NCBI GenBank assembly: GCA_016186955.1 | Contig: JACPKP010000011.1 | Span: 12,477-76,476 of the forward strand | Direction of reading: 5' to 3' | From: Candidatus Daviesbacteria bacterium | GTDB taxonomy: Bacteria > Patescibacteriota > Microgenomatia > Daviesbacterales > UBA10151 | DNA: 64,000 nucleotides | Shown: positions 37,963 through 46,504 of the stretch, piece by piece | Numbering within the stretch: position 1 is the stretch's first letter | Layout of the letters: every line of letters starts with the position of its first letter | Notes under the pieces: generated by a model | Seen by the model: the letters and a program-made list of their open reading frames with translations, nothing else | Told to the model about the DNA's origin: nothing | Databases searched by the model: none | Translations under genes and position numbers: made by a program

Positions 37963-38190
37963 TTAAAGAAACCCCACAAACAAGATGATTATACCTAAAG
38001 CCAACCCTGAATGCAAAATGCTCACCGCCCGGAGGACCGGGCCTGTTTGAGTCATAATAGTTTCTGTCATTAAATATACTTGCCTGATTATAATTAAACT
38101 AAATAAAAAATAAAGGCAGGCAAACGCAATAAAGCTCAACTTAAATACCAAGCCAATATTACCATTAAAAATAGCGGTTATGTCCGGCAT
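37963..38190 (-). CDS. Small two-TM membrane protein
   Basis: 75 aa, two hydrophobic helices, directly downstream of 38191..38757. Confidence 0.3.
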   Translation of the reverse strand: MPDITAIFNGNIGLVFKLSFIAFACLYFLFSLIIIRQVYLMTETIMTQTGPVLRAVSILHSGLALGIIILFVGFL

Positions 38191-38757
38191 TTAAACCCTC
38201 TTTAAATCTTCAATTCGGTCTGCCACTAAATCCGGTTTGGGTACATTTAAAAACCCTATGTTGTGGGTTTCCGCTGCAGTTTGGATTATGATATCCCCAA
38301 AGTAAAAAAGGGACCCAAAAACCCCTTTTACCGACGAGGATATTGTCTCAATATTTTTAAGGTCAATGGTCAAAATATCCCTTGAGGTCAGGTTATAAAA
38401 ATTAACATCTATAACATGCAGGTTGGTGACTATATAGATATTAAAATACCAGAATAAAAACTTCTCAATTGTGTAGGCTACAACAAGCATATACCAGATG
38501 ACCAAACCCCCAACAAAAACCTGAATTGGTATTGCACTGATAATATTTAGATTGAAAATCTCTTCCAGTCTGATGGTAATCACTGGCAGTGTAAATGCTG
38601 CCAGTGAAGCTAAAATCCACGGTAGATTGACAATTCCATGCTCCCTTAAAAAAAGCTCTACAACTTCATCTTTCTCTTGTTCAATAAACTGAATTTTTTG
38701 GGGCTTGTCAAAAAAGGAGGGGAAAAATTTAAGGTCCATATGAGTGGATAATAGCAC
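38191..38757 (-). CDS. Membrane protein with bacterial PH-like (DUF304/bPH_2-like) domain
   Basis: Two TM helices followed by a beta-rich domain of about 90 aa; assignment by architecture only. Confidence 0.3.
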   Translation of the reverse strand: MLLSTHMDLKFFPSFFDKPQKIQFIEQEKDEVVELFLREHGIVNLPWILASLAAFTLPVITIRLEEIFNLNIISAIPIQVFVGGLVIWYMLVVAYTIEKFLFWYFNIYIVTNLHVIDVNFYNLTSRDILTIDLKNIETISSSVKGVFGSLFYFGDIIIQTAAETHNIGFLNVPKPDLVADRIEDLKRV

Positions 38758-38856
38758 AGGTAATTTTCAATTTACAATTAATTTTTAAACTGTTTAAAAA
38801 TTAAAACATTGATTATTGATTGAAAATTAGAAATTAAAAATTGAAAATTAAATTAA

Positions 38857-40518
38857 TTATTTTTTCTCAATATTATAGAGTGGGGACTTAATTGAGACAT
38901 ACCCCGGGGCCCGCAGGTTAAAGATGGTTTTAAAATCAGCCCCTGAAATGGTGATTGAACCTGTTTGGGTTGCAAAAGTCACGCTAGCTGTGCTTCCTCC
39001 CTCTGAATACACCACCGATGCACTGCTGACAGAGGTGACTGCCCCACCATGCTGGTTGGCTTTATCCCTCATCTCTGATATGGAAAACGGGTTTCCGCTC
39101 CAGCAGGATGTATCTACCGGGGAAATCCTATCCCGCGAGTCCCCGGACTGATAAACAATCCAGGAATTTAATATATCCGACATCTCTTCGTTATTCAACC
39201 AGGGATGGGACTTGCCGCAGGACGCTCCCAAACGGTCCTTATACCAACCTTTATAAAACCAGGGTGAACCGGCGATTTTTTCAAAAGCATCACCTGTCCA
39301 GCAATTCTTTGAACCGCATTTTGTATCCCAACCGCCATTGTTGGTATAACCTCCTGTTGTGGAAGAATACTGGGCGTTTGGCCCGCCTTCCAAAACCCAC
39401 CCTTTTGTCTCATTTACAGCCTCTTCCCAAGCTCCGCCTTTGTTTGAGTCTTTATAAACCTGGCACGACTCAGTCGGGCAGATTGAACCGCCCTGGCGCA
39501 CAGCATAAGTCCTGGCTGCCACAGCCTGGGCTTTGAGGGCTTCTTTGGGAAACGAGTTGGGCATTTCATAAATCCTTTTCATATACTCATCTTCAAAATT
39601 CCTACTCCCGTACCCTGATACATTGATGGTTGCAGGCACATTATAGCTTTTATTAAGTGAGGCCCCGGGATAATAGGCTGCCAAAATCTGCTCCGCATTT
39701 TGCCCTGAATCAGCCCTGCCTTTGGCGCCGTATTGGCTCATCCCGTTGCGGTGGGTATAAGCGCCAAACGAAAACATGGCAAAAGCAGGTGAAAAACCAG
39801 GGTTGAAATCAGGCCTGGCATTACTATCATCTGCCAACGGGACATCACCAACAGAGGTGGTAAAGGTGCCTGATTTGGCAGCTAATATCGCCTGTTGCCT
39901 GGCGGAGAGTTCCGCAATTTTACCGGAGAGATCTGCCTGATAATCTTTGGCTTTTTTTATTTCCCCACCTAAAAACACGGCGTTTTTATCTACCTGAGCC
40001 TGCAGGGAAGCAAGGGAAGCCTTGTCTTTTTCCAGTTTTTCTTTCTGGCTGAGCAGATCAACAATCTCGTCCGTAATAGAAGTTATTACTTTCTGGTCCT
40101 CCCTGGTTGCTGCAAGGCGGTAGGAGAGTTCCCGGAAAATACTGGCTGAGGATTGTGAGGAAAATAAAACAGTTAAGGGGTTGGTGTGGTAAGAGCGGAT
40201 GTAATATGAGCGAACCCGCTGTTCAAGCAAAACCTGCTGAAAGGCTATTTTTTCTGTCCTGGCTTCAAGGTCTTTTTCCTTCCGGGAGATTTTATAAGAA
40301 AGGCTGTAAAGGGAAGCCTGGATTTGGGCAAGCTGGCGCTTCAAAGAATCCAGCTGGCCTTCCAAAGGTTTGGTGGCATCAACGGACATCTTTTTAGCCT
40401 TCTCAAGCTCATTTATCTGTTTTTGCAGGTCCTCTACCTCATCAGCATGAATGGGAAAAGTAACAAGTAACAAGTAACAAGTAACAAGTAACAAAAATGG
40501 AAGAATAGTTTTTCTCAT
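38857..40518 (-). CDS. SpoIID/LytB-domain cell-wall protein with N-terminal coiled coil (EnvC-like)
   Basis: Signal peptide, long coiled coil, SpoIID signature EALKAQAVAARTYAVRQ. Confidence 0.6.
   Translation of the reverse strand: MRKTILPFLLLVTCYLLLVTFPIHADEVEDLQKQINELEKAKKMSVDATKPLEGQLDSLKRQLAQIQASLYSLSYKISRKEKDLEARTEKIAFQQVLLEQRVRSYYIRSYHTNPLTVLFSSQSSASIFRELSYRLAATREDQKVITSITDEIVDLLSQKEKLEKDKASLASLQAQVDKNAVFLGGEIKKAKDYQADLSGKIAELSARQQAILAAKSGTFTTSVGDVPLADDSNARPDFNPGFSPAFAMFSFGAYTHRNGMSQYGAKGRADSGQNAEQILAAYYPGASLNKSYNVPATINVSGYGSRNFEDEYMKRIYEMPNSFPKEALKAQAVAARTYAVRQGGSICPTESCQVYKDSNKGGAWEEAVNETKGWVLEGGPNAQYSSTTGGYTNNGGWDTKCGSKNCWTGDAFEKIAGSPWFYKGWYKDRLGASCGKSHPWLNNEEMSDILNSWIVYQSGDSRDRISPVDTSCWSGNPFSISEMRDKANQHGGAVTSVSSASVVYSEGGSTASVTFATQTGSITISGADFKTIFNLRAPGYVSIKSPLYNIEKK
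40460..40494. repeat. Heptanucleotide tandem repeat (GTAACAA)x5, coding-strand TTGTTAC, inside signal-peptide codons of 38857..40518
   Basis: gtaacaagtaacaagtaacaagtaacaagtaacaa encodes LLVTCYLLLVT. Confidence 0.85.
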
Positions 40519-40579
40519 ACGAGCTCTTTAAGCCATTTTACCACGTTGACAATGATTACAAAAGTAATATAATTGTATT

Positions 40580-40876
40580 ATGCATAGAACTATACTGCAG
40601 GTTCCACTACCTAAAGATCTTAAAGAAGGGGCTGAAAAAGCAGCCTTGGATGCAGGGTTCTCTTCTTTACAAGAAGTTTTGAGGGTGTTTATGAAAAAAT
40701 TTGCAAACAAAAAAATAGATCTATCATTTGAAGAAGAAAAAGTTGTTTACCTTTCTGAAAAAGCTGAAAAAAGATATACTAAGGCTATGGAAGATTTCAG
40801 AAAAGGTAAAAATGTCTATGAAGCAAAAGATGTAGATGATCTTTTAAAACAACTGCATAGCTACAGTGAAAATTAA
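40580..40876 (+). CDS. Putative antitoxin
   Basis: 98-aa acidic protein overlapping the RelE-like gene start. Confidence 0.35.
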   Translation: MHRTILQVPLPKDLKEGAEKAALDAGFSSLQEVLRVFMKKFANKKIDLSFEEEKVVYLSEKAEKRYTKAMEDFRKGKNVYEAKDVDDLLKQLHSYSEN

Positions 40877-41129
40877 ATTCTACAAACAATTCGTTAAACA
40901 TCTTACCCAAAGAGTTAAACCCAACCCAAGTTTACTGAAAAAGTGTGATGAAAGAATCGCTTTATTTATTAAAAACCCCAAAGATCCATTACTAAAAGAC
41001 CATAAGTTAATAGGGAGGAAAGAAGACTTTAGGGCATTTTCAATTACAGGCGATATTAGAATTATCTACCGACAAGGAGAGGATTACATCTATTTTATTG
41101 ATATCGGCTCCCATAACCAAGTATATTGA
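40866..41129 (+). CDS. RelE/ParE-family toxin
   Basis: ...DHKLIGRKEDFRAFSITGDIRIIYRQGEDYIYFIDIGSHNQVY matches the RelE/StbE C-terminal pattern. Confidence 0.55.
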   Translation: MKIKFYKQFVKHLTQRVKPNPSLLKKCDERIALFIKNPKDPLLKDHKLIGRKEDFRAFSITGDIRIIYRQGEDYIYFIDIGSHNQVY

Positions 41130-41173
41130 AATTTTACCCCAAACCCTAATTTTAAGTTATATTAATCAAATCC

Positions 41174-42973
41174 TTGCCCCTCTTCAAAATGCATGGTAAG
41201 CAAAGCTTGCCATTTCATGGTAAGCTGGGGTTAATGTCCAAACTGATATCAATTTTAGCAATACAATTGTTTGGTTTATGTATTATTTTAACTCCTACTA
41301 TAATTTTTGCTGATGAATCTTGCAATGTAAGTGGTGGGGGGCAACAAGGTACGGTTACAATTACCACTAAATTACTAAACCCAGTTATACCTCCTAATTA
41401 TGAAATAACATTCGAGCTTGATCCAAACGCTTTAGATATATTACGAGACCACAATATTGGTTTAGAAACCGGAGGTGGTTTTGGTGGAAGTTCAGTATAC
41501 ACAAACCCTATATCTGTAACCACAAGTAATATTGCTTTTGTAATAAGAGCTGGAAACATCAACCCTGATAACAACGATTCTTTAAGTAAATTCACTGACC
41601 CTGGAAAACATCAAATATCTATATACGAAGCTGCAGGAGGAAGTTCCGGAAGTACCGGGCGATCCAACATATGTTTAGCTTCAGCTGTTTTTGATTATGA
41701 AATTACAAACCCGAGGGTTTTAGAATGCAGTGGACAAATCACGGATAGCTCTACTTCTCAGGGGATTAATGGTGTAGTAATTGAAGTTTATGACGGAGCT
41801 GCTGCCAGCCCAACCCGTACATATAACGTCACCTCTGATGATGGTAAGTATGCTTTCAGACCATCTTCCGGTGGTTTTGGACCTGGCTCCCAACAAACAC
41901 ATAAGGTCATTTTTAAAAACAACGATTACCAAGATTATATTGTTGATTATCTATTACCTGTTACCCCACAAGCCTGTCCAGGAAATATTTCTCTAAAATC
42001 AGTGGCTTTAAAAGGATATGTTTGTGATAAAGGAACTTGCAGAGAATCAAACCCCGGAGAATCATCTAAATACCTGGACAATAATATGTGTAGTAAAGAT
42101 TGTGGTTTATATATTTATGATACGGGGAGATTATATTGTAGACCTGCTTTACCCAATGAAACAACAGGAATAATTTACAGTAAATCAGAATGCGAGGCAA
42201 AAACTCCCCTCGCAGGTACAGATAATTGTGTATATAACAAAACAGTAAATAAATGCGTATGCAACCCTAACTCTGTATCAGGTGGACAACCTCTTACAGA
42301 ATGCCTTAAAAAAGTAACTTCTTCAATTTATTCAGGCATAGACTGTTCAAAGCCTGAAAATAAAGACAAGTGCTCAACTTCTGCAGGACAGACATGTAAT
42401 ATCAATACCAATGAGGTTATAAAAATAGAAAATATTACCGCTAAAAAAGAAGACATGCCTAACACCAGGACCAACCCCATCTCAACATGCAGCGACGGAA
42501 CAGACCTGCGGGAAGTAGACAAAAGAACTGATAACCCTAACAGTTGTAACCCTGAAGCATCCTGCTACAAGGCTGTGACAGGTACAGGAGGTTTTGCTGC
42601 ATATTTTTGCTACAGGGAGCAAAAGACAGTAGCTGCTAAAACTACATATAGTGACAAAAATGGTAATCCGATAGATATGGACTCTAAGAATTTAGGTGTT
42701 TATACTGCCATTGGGTGTATCCCCACTGAGCCCTCAGCTCTAATTACTAAGCTTTTGACATTTGCTGCGGGAGGGGCTGGGGGGATTGCCCTTTTGCTTA
42801 TGATCTTTGGGGCTTTCAGGATGACGACCTCGGCCGGCAACCCGGAGAGCTTAAAAGCAGGCCAGGAACAATTTTCCTCCGCGGTAATAGGGCTGTTGTT
42901 TATTATTTTTGCAGTGTTGTTGCTGCAGATTATCGGGGTTGATATACTGGGATTGCCTGGTTTCACCAAATAA
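41174..42973 (+). CDS. Large secreted Cys-rich protein ending in a VirB2/TrbC-like pilin module (adhesin-pilin fusion)
   Basis: Signal peptide, then about 480 aa with more than 30 Cys. The C-terminal roughly 90 aa (TFAAGGAGGIALLLMIFGAFRMTTSAGNPESLKAGQEQFSSAVIGLLFIIFAVLLLQIIG) are homologous to the five downstream small TM-loop-TM proteins. Confidence 0.45.
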   Translation: MPLFKMHGKQSLPFHGKLGLMSKLISILAIQLFGLCIILTPTIIFADESCNVSGGGQQGTVTITTKLLNPVIPPNYEITFELDPNALDILRDHNIGLETGGGFGGSSVYTNPISVTTSNIAFVIRAGNINPDNNDSLSKFTDPGKHQISIYEAAGGSSGSTGRSNICLASAVFDYEITNPRVLECSGQITDSSTSQGINGVVIEVYDGAAASPTRTYNVTSDDGKYAFRPSSGGFGPGSQQTHKVIFKNNDYQDYIVDYLLPVTPQACPGNISLKSVALKGYVCDKGTCRESNPGESSKYLDNNMCSKDCGLYIYDTGRLYCRPALPNETTGIIYSKSECEAKTPLAGTDNCVYNKTVNKCVCNPNSVSGGQPLTECLKKVTSSIYSGIDCSKPENKDKCSTSAGQTCNINTNEVIKIENITAKKEDMPNTRTNPISTCSDGTDLREVDKRTDNPNSCNPEASCYKAVTGTGGFAAYFCYREQKTVAAKTTYSDKNGNPIDMDSKNLGVYTAIGCIPTEPSALITKLLTFAAGGAGGIALLLMIFGAFRMTTSAGNPESLKAGQEQFSSAVIGLLFIIFAVLLLQIIGVDILGLPGFTK

Positions 42974-43095
42974 TCTCAAAACTCAAATATCAAATGATAA
43001 ATCTACATCTTAAATTTTAAATCTTCGCAACCTTAAGATTTTAGATTTTAATTGTAGTTTTGACATTTGAGATCTCAGATTTGAGATTTAATATT

Positions 43096-43440
43096 ATGAA
43101 CAAGCTTGCTTTGACAATTGACAACAAAACTATTTCTCCCCCAACTAGCTTTAAACCTGAATTTACTGACCTTGGCTCTGTTATTACAGCTTCATTAAAC
43201 TTAATTTTTTATATTTCAGGGATGCTTTTGTTTATCTGGTTGGCCTGGGGGATCATGCAATATATCTTTGCAGGAGGGAATAAAGAAGCCCTGGCCAAAG
43301 CCCGGACCAGGATTATCTATGCCTTGGTCGGATTCATTATAGTAGTCCTGTCTTTCACCCTCAGTGAATACATCAAAGCTGTACTTAGCCCAACCAGTTC
43401 AATCCCGCAACCGCCAATCACACCAATCACACCACCATGA
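43096..43440 (+). CDS. VirB2/TrbC-like pilin paralog 1
   Basis: Start set at MNKLAL. TM - FAGGNKEALAKARTRI - TM. Confidence 0.45.
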   Translation: MNKLALTIDNKTISPPTSFKPEFTDLGSVITASLNLIFYISGMLLFIWLAWGIMQYIFAGGNKEALAKARTRIIYALVGFIIVVLSFTLSEYIKAVLSPTSSIPQPPITPITPP

Positions 43441-43805
43441 TTAAAAAGTTAGCCTTCATTAGTATAACGGTTATAACGTTTATAAATATTATATTTACAC
43501 ACCCTGTCTATGCTGAAGACCTTAAAAAACAATATGGTTTTGGCTGGATCACCAGTTTGGGGGATGTTATCAGCCGTAACATTGTCCCGGCCGGTTTTGA
43601 GATTGCCGGGATTGCACTCCTTTTTTATATAGTCATAGCAGCCATAAAGTACATGACCTCAGGCGGTGATAAAGAAGCTGTAGCTTCTGCCCGTGGCATG
43701 ATTACCCATTCTGTGATAGGATTTTTAATGCTGATATTTTTATTTTTATTTTTGCAGTACATCCTGCCCGCAATCGGGCTTAAAAATTTTATTATTGTAA
43801 GATAA
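43437..43805 (+). CDS. VirB2/TrbC-like pilin paralog 2
   Basis: Signal peptide (…THPVYA), then TM - MTSGGDKEAVASARGMIT - TM. Confidence 0.5.
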   Translation: MIKKLAFISITVITFINIIFTHPVYAEDLKKQYGFGWITSLGDVISRNIVPAGFEIAGIALLFYIVIAAIKYMTSGGDKEAVASARGMITHSVIGFLMLIFLFLFLQYILPAIGLKNFIIVR

Positions 43806-44125
43806 TGGCATACCTGGCAAAAAGTTTTCAAGATATTATCGGACAGATTACCCCTCCTGACCCTATCCAGGACATAGGCCGGGGAGGCCGGGGAATAAAT
43901 ACTGTCTTAAGCAATATCCTGACCATAATTTATATATTCGGGACAATCATTTTCCTATTTATGATTGTCATAAGTGCGGTTCAGTGGATTGTCTCAGGCG
44001 GTGATAAAGAAGTTGTCCAAAAAGCCCGCTCAAGGATAACTAATGCTATAATAGGTATAGTGCTTTTAGCGCTGGCAAGGTTTATTGTTTCGCTGATAGG
44101 CTCAATCACAGGGTTTAAAATCTAA
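43805..44125 (+). CDS. VirB2/TrbC-like pilin paralog 3
   Basis: TM - WIVSGGDKEVVQKARSRIT - TM. Confidence 0.5.
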   Translation: MAYLAKSFQDIIGQITPPDPIQDIGRGGRGINTVLSNILTIIYIFGTIIFLFMIVISAVQWIVSGGDKEVVQKARSRITNAIIGIVLLALARFIVSLIGSITGFKI

Positions 44126-44158
44126 ACAGTATATTGACAAACCTTAAATAACCTGCAT

Positions 44159-44587
44159 ATGATAATATTAATGAGATCAAAAGTTCTTAGTGTATTAGCT
44201 GTCGGTGCTGCTGTATTGCTAAATCCTATCTCTGTCTTTGCGCAGGATGATGTTAGAAATATTGGTTCTATAGCGCCATCTGCCAGCGGTCTTACGGGAA
44301 TTAATCCATCAACTACCTCTTTAGGTGATTTAATCAGAAATGCCCTTGTTATTATTTATATACTTGCAGCAGTAGCAGTTTTAGCTATGCTGGTTTTTGG
44401 TGCCTTCCAATGGATCACATCAGGAGGAGACAAGGAAGCTGTACAAAAAGCCAGAAGCAGGATAACTGCTGCTTTAGTCGGTATGGGTATTTTGGCTTTA
44501 GCATTATTTATCACTGTACTCATGGGACAAATATTGAATATCAATGTCTTAAATCTTCCAACCTTACCAACACTCGGTAATCCATAA
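44159..44587 (+). CDS. VirB2/TrbC-like pilin paralog 4
   Basis: Signal peptide (…VFAQ), then TM - WITSGGDKEAVQKARSRIT - TM. Confidence 0.5.
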   Translation: MIILMRSKVLSVLAVGAAVLLNPISVFAQDDVRNIGSIAPSASGLTGINPSTTSLGDLIRNALVIIYILAAVAVLAMLVFGAFQWITSGGDKEAVQKARSRITAALVGMGILALALFITVLMGQILNINVLNLPTLPTLGNP

Positions 44588-44629
44588 ACTCATTTGCCTA
44601 TTTCACTTATTCTGTAGTAATCTTAAGTT

Positions 44630-44932
44630 ATGGATGGGCCTGCCGGAATAAAACAGATACAAGAACTTATTTTGCGGGTAATAAACCTGTCTGTGGGGTT
44701 AGTGTTTTTTGTTTTGGTAATAGTCCTGGCCATAGGCGGGATTAAATTTTTAACCTCCGGGGGTGAGCAGAAAGCTGTCCAATCCGCCAAAAGCATGATT
44801 ACCTGGGGTATCCTGGGAGTTGTTTTTATGGGGCTGGCCTGGTTGATTTTAAGCCTGGTTGAAGCTTTTACAGGAGTCAAGGTAACCCAGTTTAACCTTT
44901 GTGTGTTGTTTCCAGGCGGTGTCTGCCCATGA
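44630..44932 (+). CDS. VirB2/TrbC-like pilin paralog 5
   Basis: TM - FLTSGGEQKAVQSAKSMIT - TM. Confidence 0.5.
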   Translation: MDGPAGIKQIQELILRVINLSVGLVFFVLVIVLAIGGIKFLTSGGEQKAVQSAKSMITWGILGVVFMGLAWLILSLVEAFTGVKVTQFNLCVLFPGGVCP

Positions 44933-45843
44933 TTAGTAAATTTCAAATTTCAAATTTCAAATTTCAAATTTCTTTATTTTTCCTTTTTACTTTTTCCTTT
45001 TTACTTTTTCCTTTACATGCTTTTGCCAGCCATTGTGATGCCTCAGGTAATTTTACCTCACTAAACAGCTACTGCGACCCCTCCACCAACACCATCTGGC
45101 AAGATGAGGTTGACTGCACCCATGCTGACACTGGCACAGCCTGCGCTATCCCCGCACCTGCAACCTGTCTGTACAATGAAACCTGTGACGCAGGACCGGG
45201 CCCTGCCAGCGGGGAACACACTTGCACAGGCACTAACCCAAATGAAGCCGGGCAACCCCAGTGCGGATATAACAGTGCAGTTGACCCTGCCTGCACAGCC
45301 TGCACAGCCAAAACACCTCCTGCGCCACCTGTTCCACCTCCAGCCCCGCCAGCTCCACCTGCTGGCGCCACCCCAACAGCAGCCATAGCTACAGAAAGCG
45401 CTGAGGAAGCAGCCATCAGGCATATGGATACAGGGTTAAAACCTGAGGAATTACCACAAGAAGCAGACGAGAAACCAGGGATCATCCAAATCATAGGGGA
45501 TTTTTTTAGCAATATAGGGAGGTTATTAAACAGAATGGTATCTTTTTTCCAAAATTCTCAGGGTTTGCAAACAGCCGAGCTTCCTGAACAAAATTGTAAA
45601 TCAAGCGATCCTGATAGTGCAGTAAGTAACTTTTTAGGGGATAGTGATTGTAAAGGAATCTATAACAGCACAACACCTGATGAACAAATTTTACCGAATG
45701 GAATAAAAGTCAGGGTTGGTAATATTGATATCCCAAAAACTGAACAGGCGAATGCTAAAGAGGAGGGTTTTGAGGATGCGTTTTTACCTGAAGGATGTAA
45801 TAAAATAACTACCGGTGATTGTAATATACCTATTAGCCCATAG
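44929..45843 (+). CDS. Secreted Cys-rich, Pro-rich protein
   Basis: Start set at MISKF. Signal peptide, Cys-rich module, PAPPVPPPAPPAPPA linker, second Cys-containing module. Confidence 0.4.
   Translation: MISKFQISNFKFQISLFFLFTFSFLLFPLHAFASHCDASGNFTSLNSYCDPSTNTIWQDEVDCTHADTGTACAIPAPATCLYNETCDAGPGPASGEHTCTGTNPNEAGQPQCGYNSAVDPACTACTAKTPPAPPVPPPAPPAPPAGATPTAAIATESAEEAAIRHMDTGLKPEELPQEADEKPGIIQIIGDFFSNIGRLLNRMVSFFQNSQGLQTAELPEQNCKSSDPDSAVSNFLGDSDCKGIYNSTTPDEQILPNGIKVRVGNIDIPKTEQANAKEEGFEDAFLPEGCNKITTGDCNIPISP
44938..44972. repeat. Heptanucleotide tandem repeat (TTTCAAA)x4 inside the first codons of 44929..45843
   Basis: aaatttcaaatttcaaatttcaaatttcaaatttc encodes SKFQISNFKFQIS. Confidence 0.85.
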
Positions 45844-45883
45844 TTGACAGCTTGTATACTTTGTGTTATAATTTATTAGTTTT

Positions 45884-46441
45884 ATGGCTACTGAAACTTC
45901 ACCTGAAATCAGGCAAACTAAAAGATATTTGCCAAGAGCCGGACGCAGAAATTTTTTGAAGCTTCTTGGAGGAGTATCTTTAGCATCTCTTGTTGCTGCA
46001 TGCGCACCTCAACCTGTAGCACAAATAGCATCTGTGCCTGTTGAATCTAAACCTATAATCAATCCTCCAGCTAAACCCGAAATAAGATTGCAAAACATGG
46101 AAACTCCAGAAAATAGGGCTAAAGAGTGGTTTAATTCAGTATCAACAGGGAATAAAGACCTTTACAAGGCTCAATTTCCTGCAAATGATCCTCCGCTGCC
46201 ACTTCCTGAAGGATTAAGAAATCGTTACACAGAGTGTGATATTAATTCAAACTCAACAAAAATATTGCCTCCTATTAATTTATCTGATGGGACAACTAAG
46301 TTGGTTGTTGATTTTAATAAAAATTGTATTAAAAATGGAGCTGGAGTAGGTGAATATAGATATATTATCTTTAAAATGAAAAAAGATCAAAATGGACATA
46401 TCACTGTTATATCTGCCAATCCTGATATTACTCCAAACTAA
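45884..46441 (+). CDS. Putative Tat-signal lipoprotein
   Basis: RRNFLKLLGGVSLASLVAAC is a twin-arginine motif followed by a lipobox-like LVAAC. Confidence 0.4.
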   Translation: MATETSPEIRQTKRYLPRAGRRNFLKLLGGVSLASLVAACAPQPVAQIASVPVESKPIINPPAKPEIRLQNMETPENRAKEWFNSVSTGNKDLYKAQFPANDPPLPLPEGLRNRYTECDINSNSTKILPPINLSDGTTKLVVDFNKNCIKNGAGVGEYRYIIFKMKKDQNGHITVISANPDITPN

Positions 46442-46504
46442 ATTTACTGCCCTAAGCCATAAGTGCACTTGCAAAAATCCTTGGGTTTGAGGTAGTCTTA
46501 AAGT

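Noticed and set aside
44623-45512. Minus-strand ORFs (107, 120 and 147 aa) over pilin paralog 5 and the Cys/Pro-rich gene
   Set aside because: They are antisense to better-supported plus-strand genes, with Gly/Ala/Trp-rich low-complexity translations.
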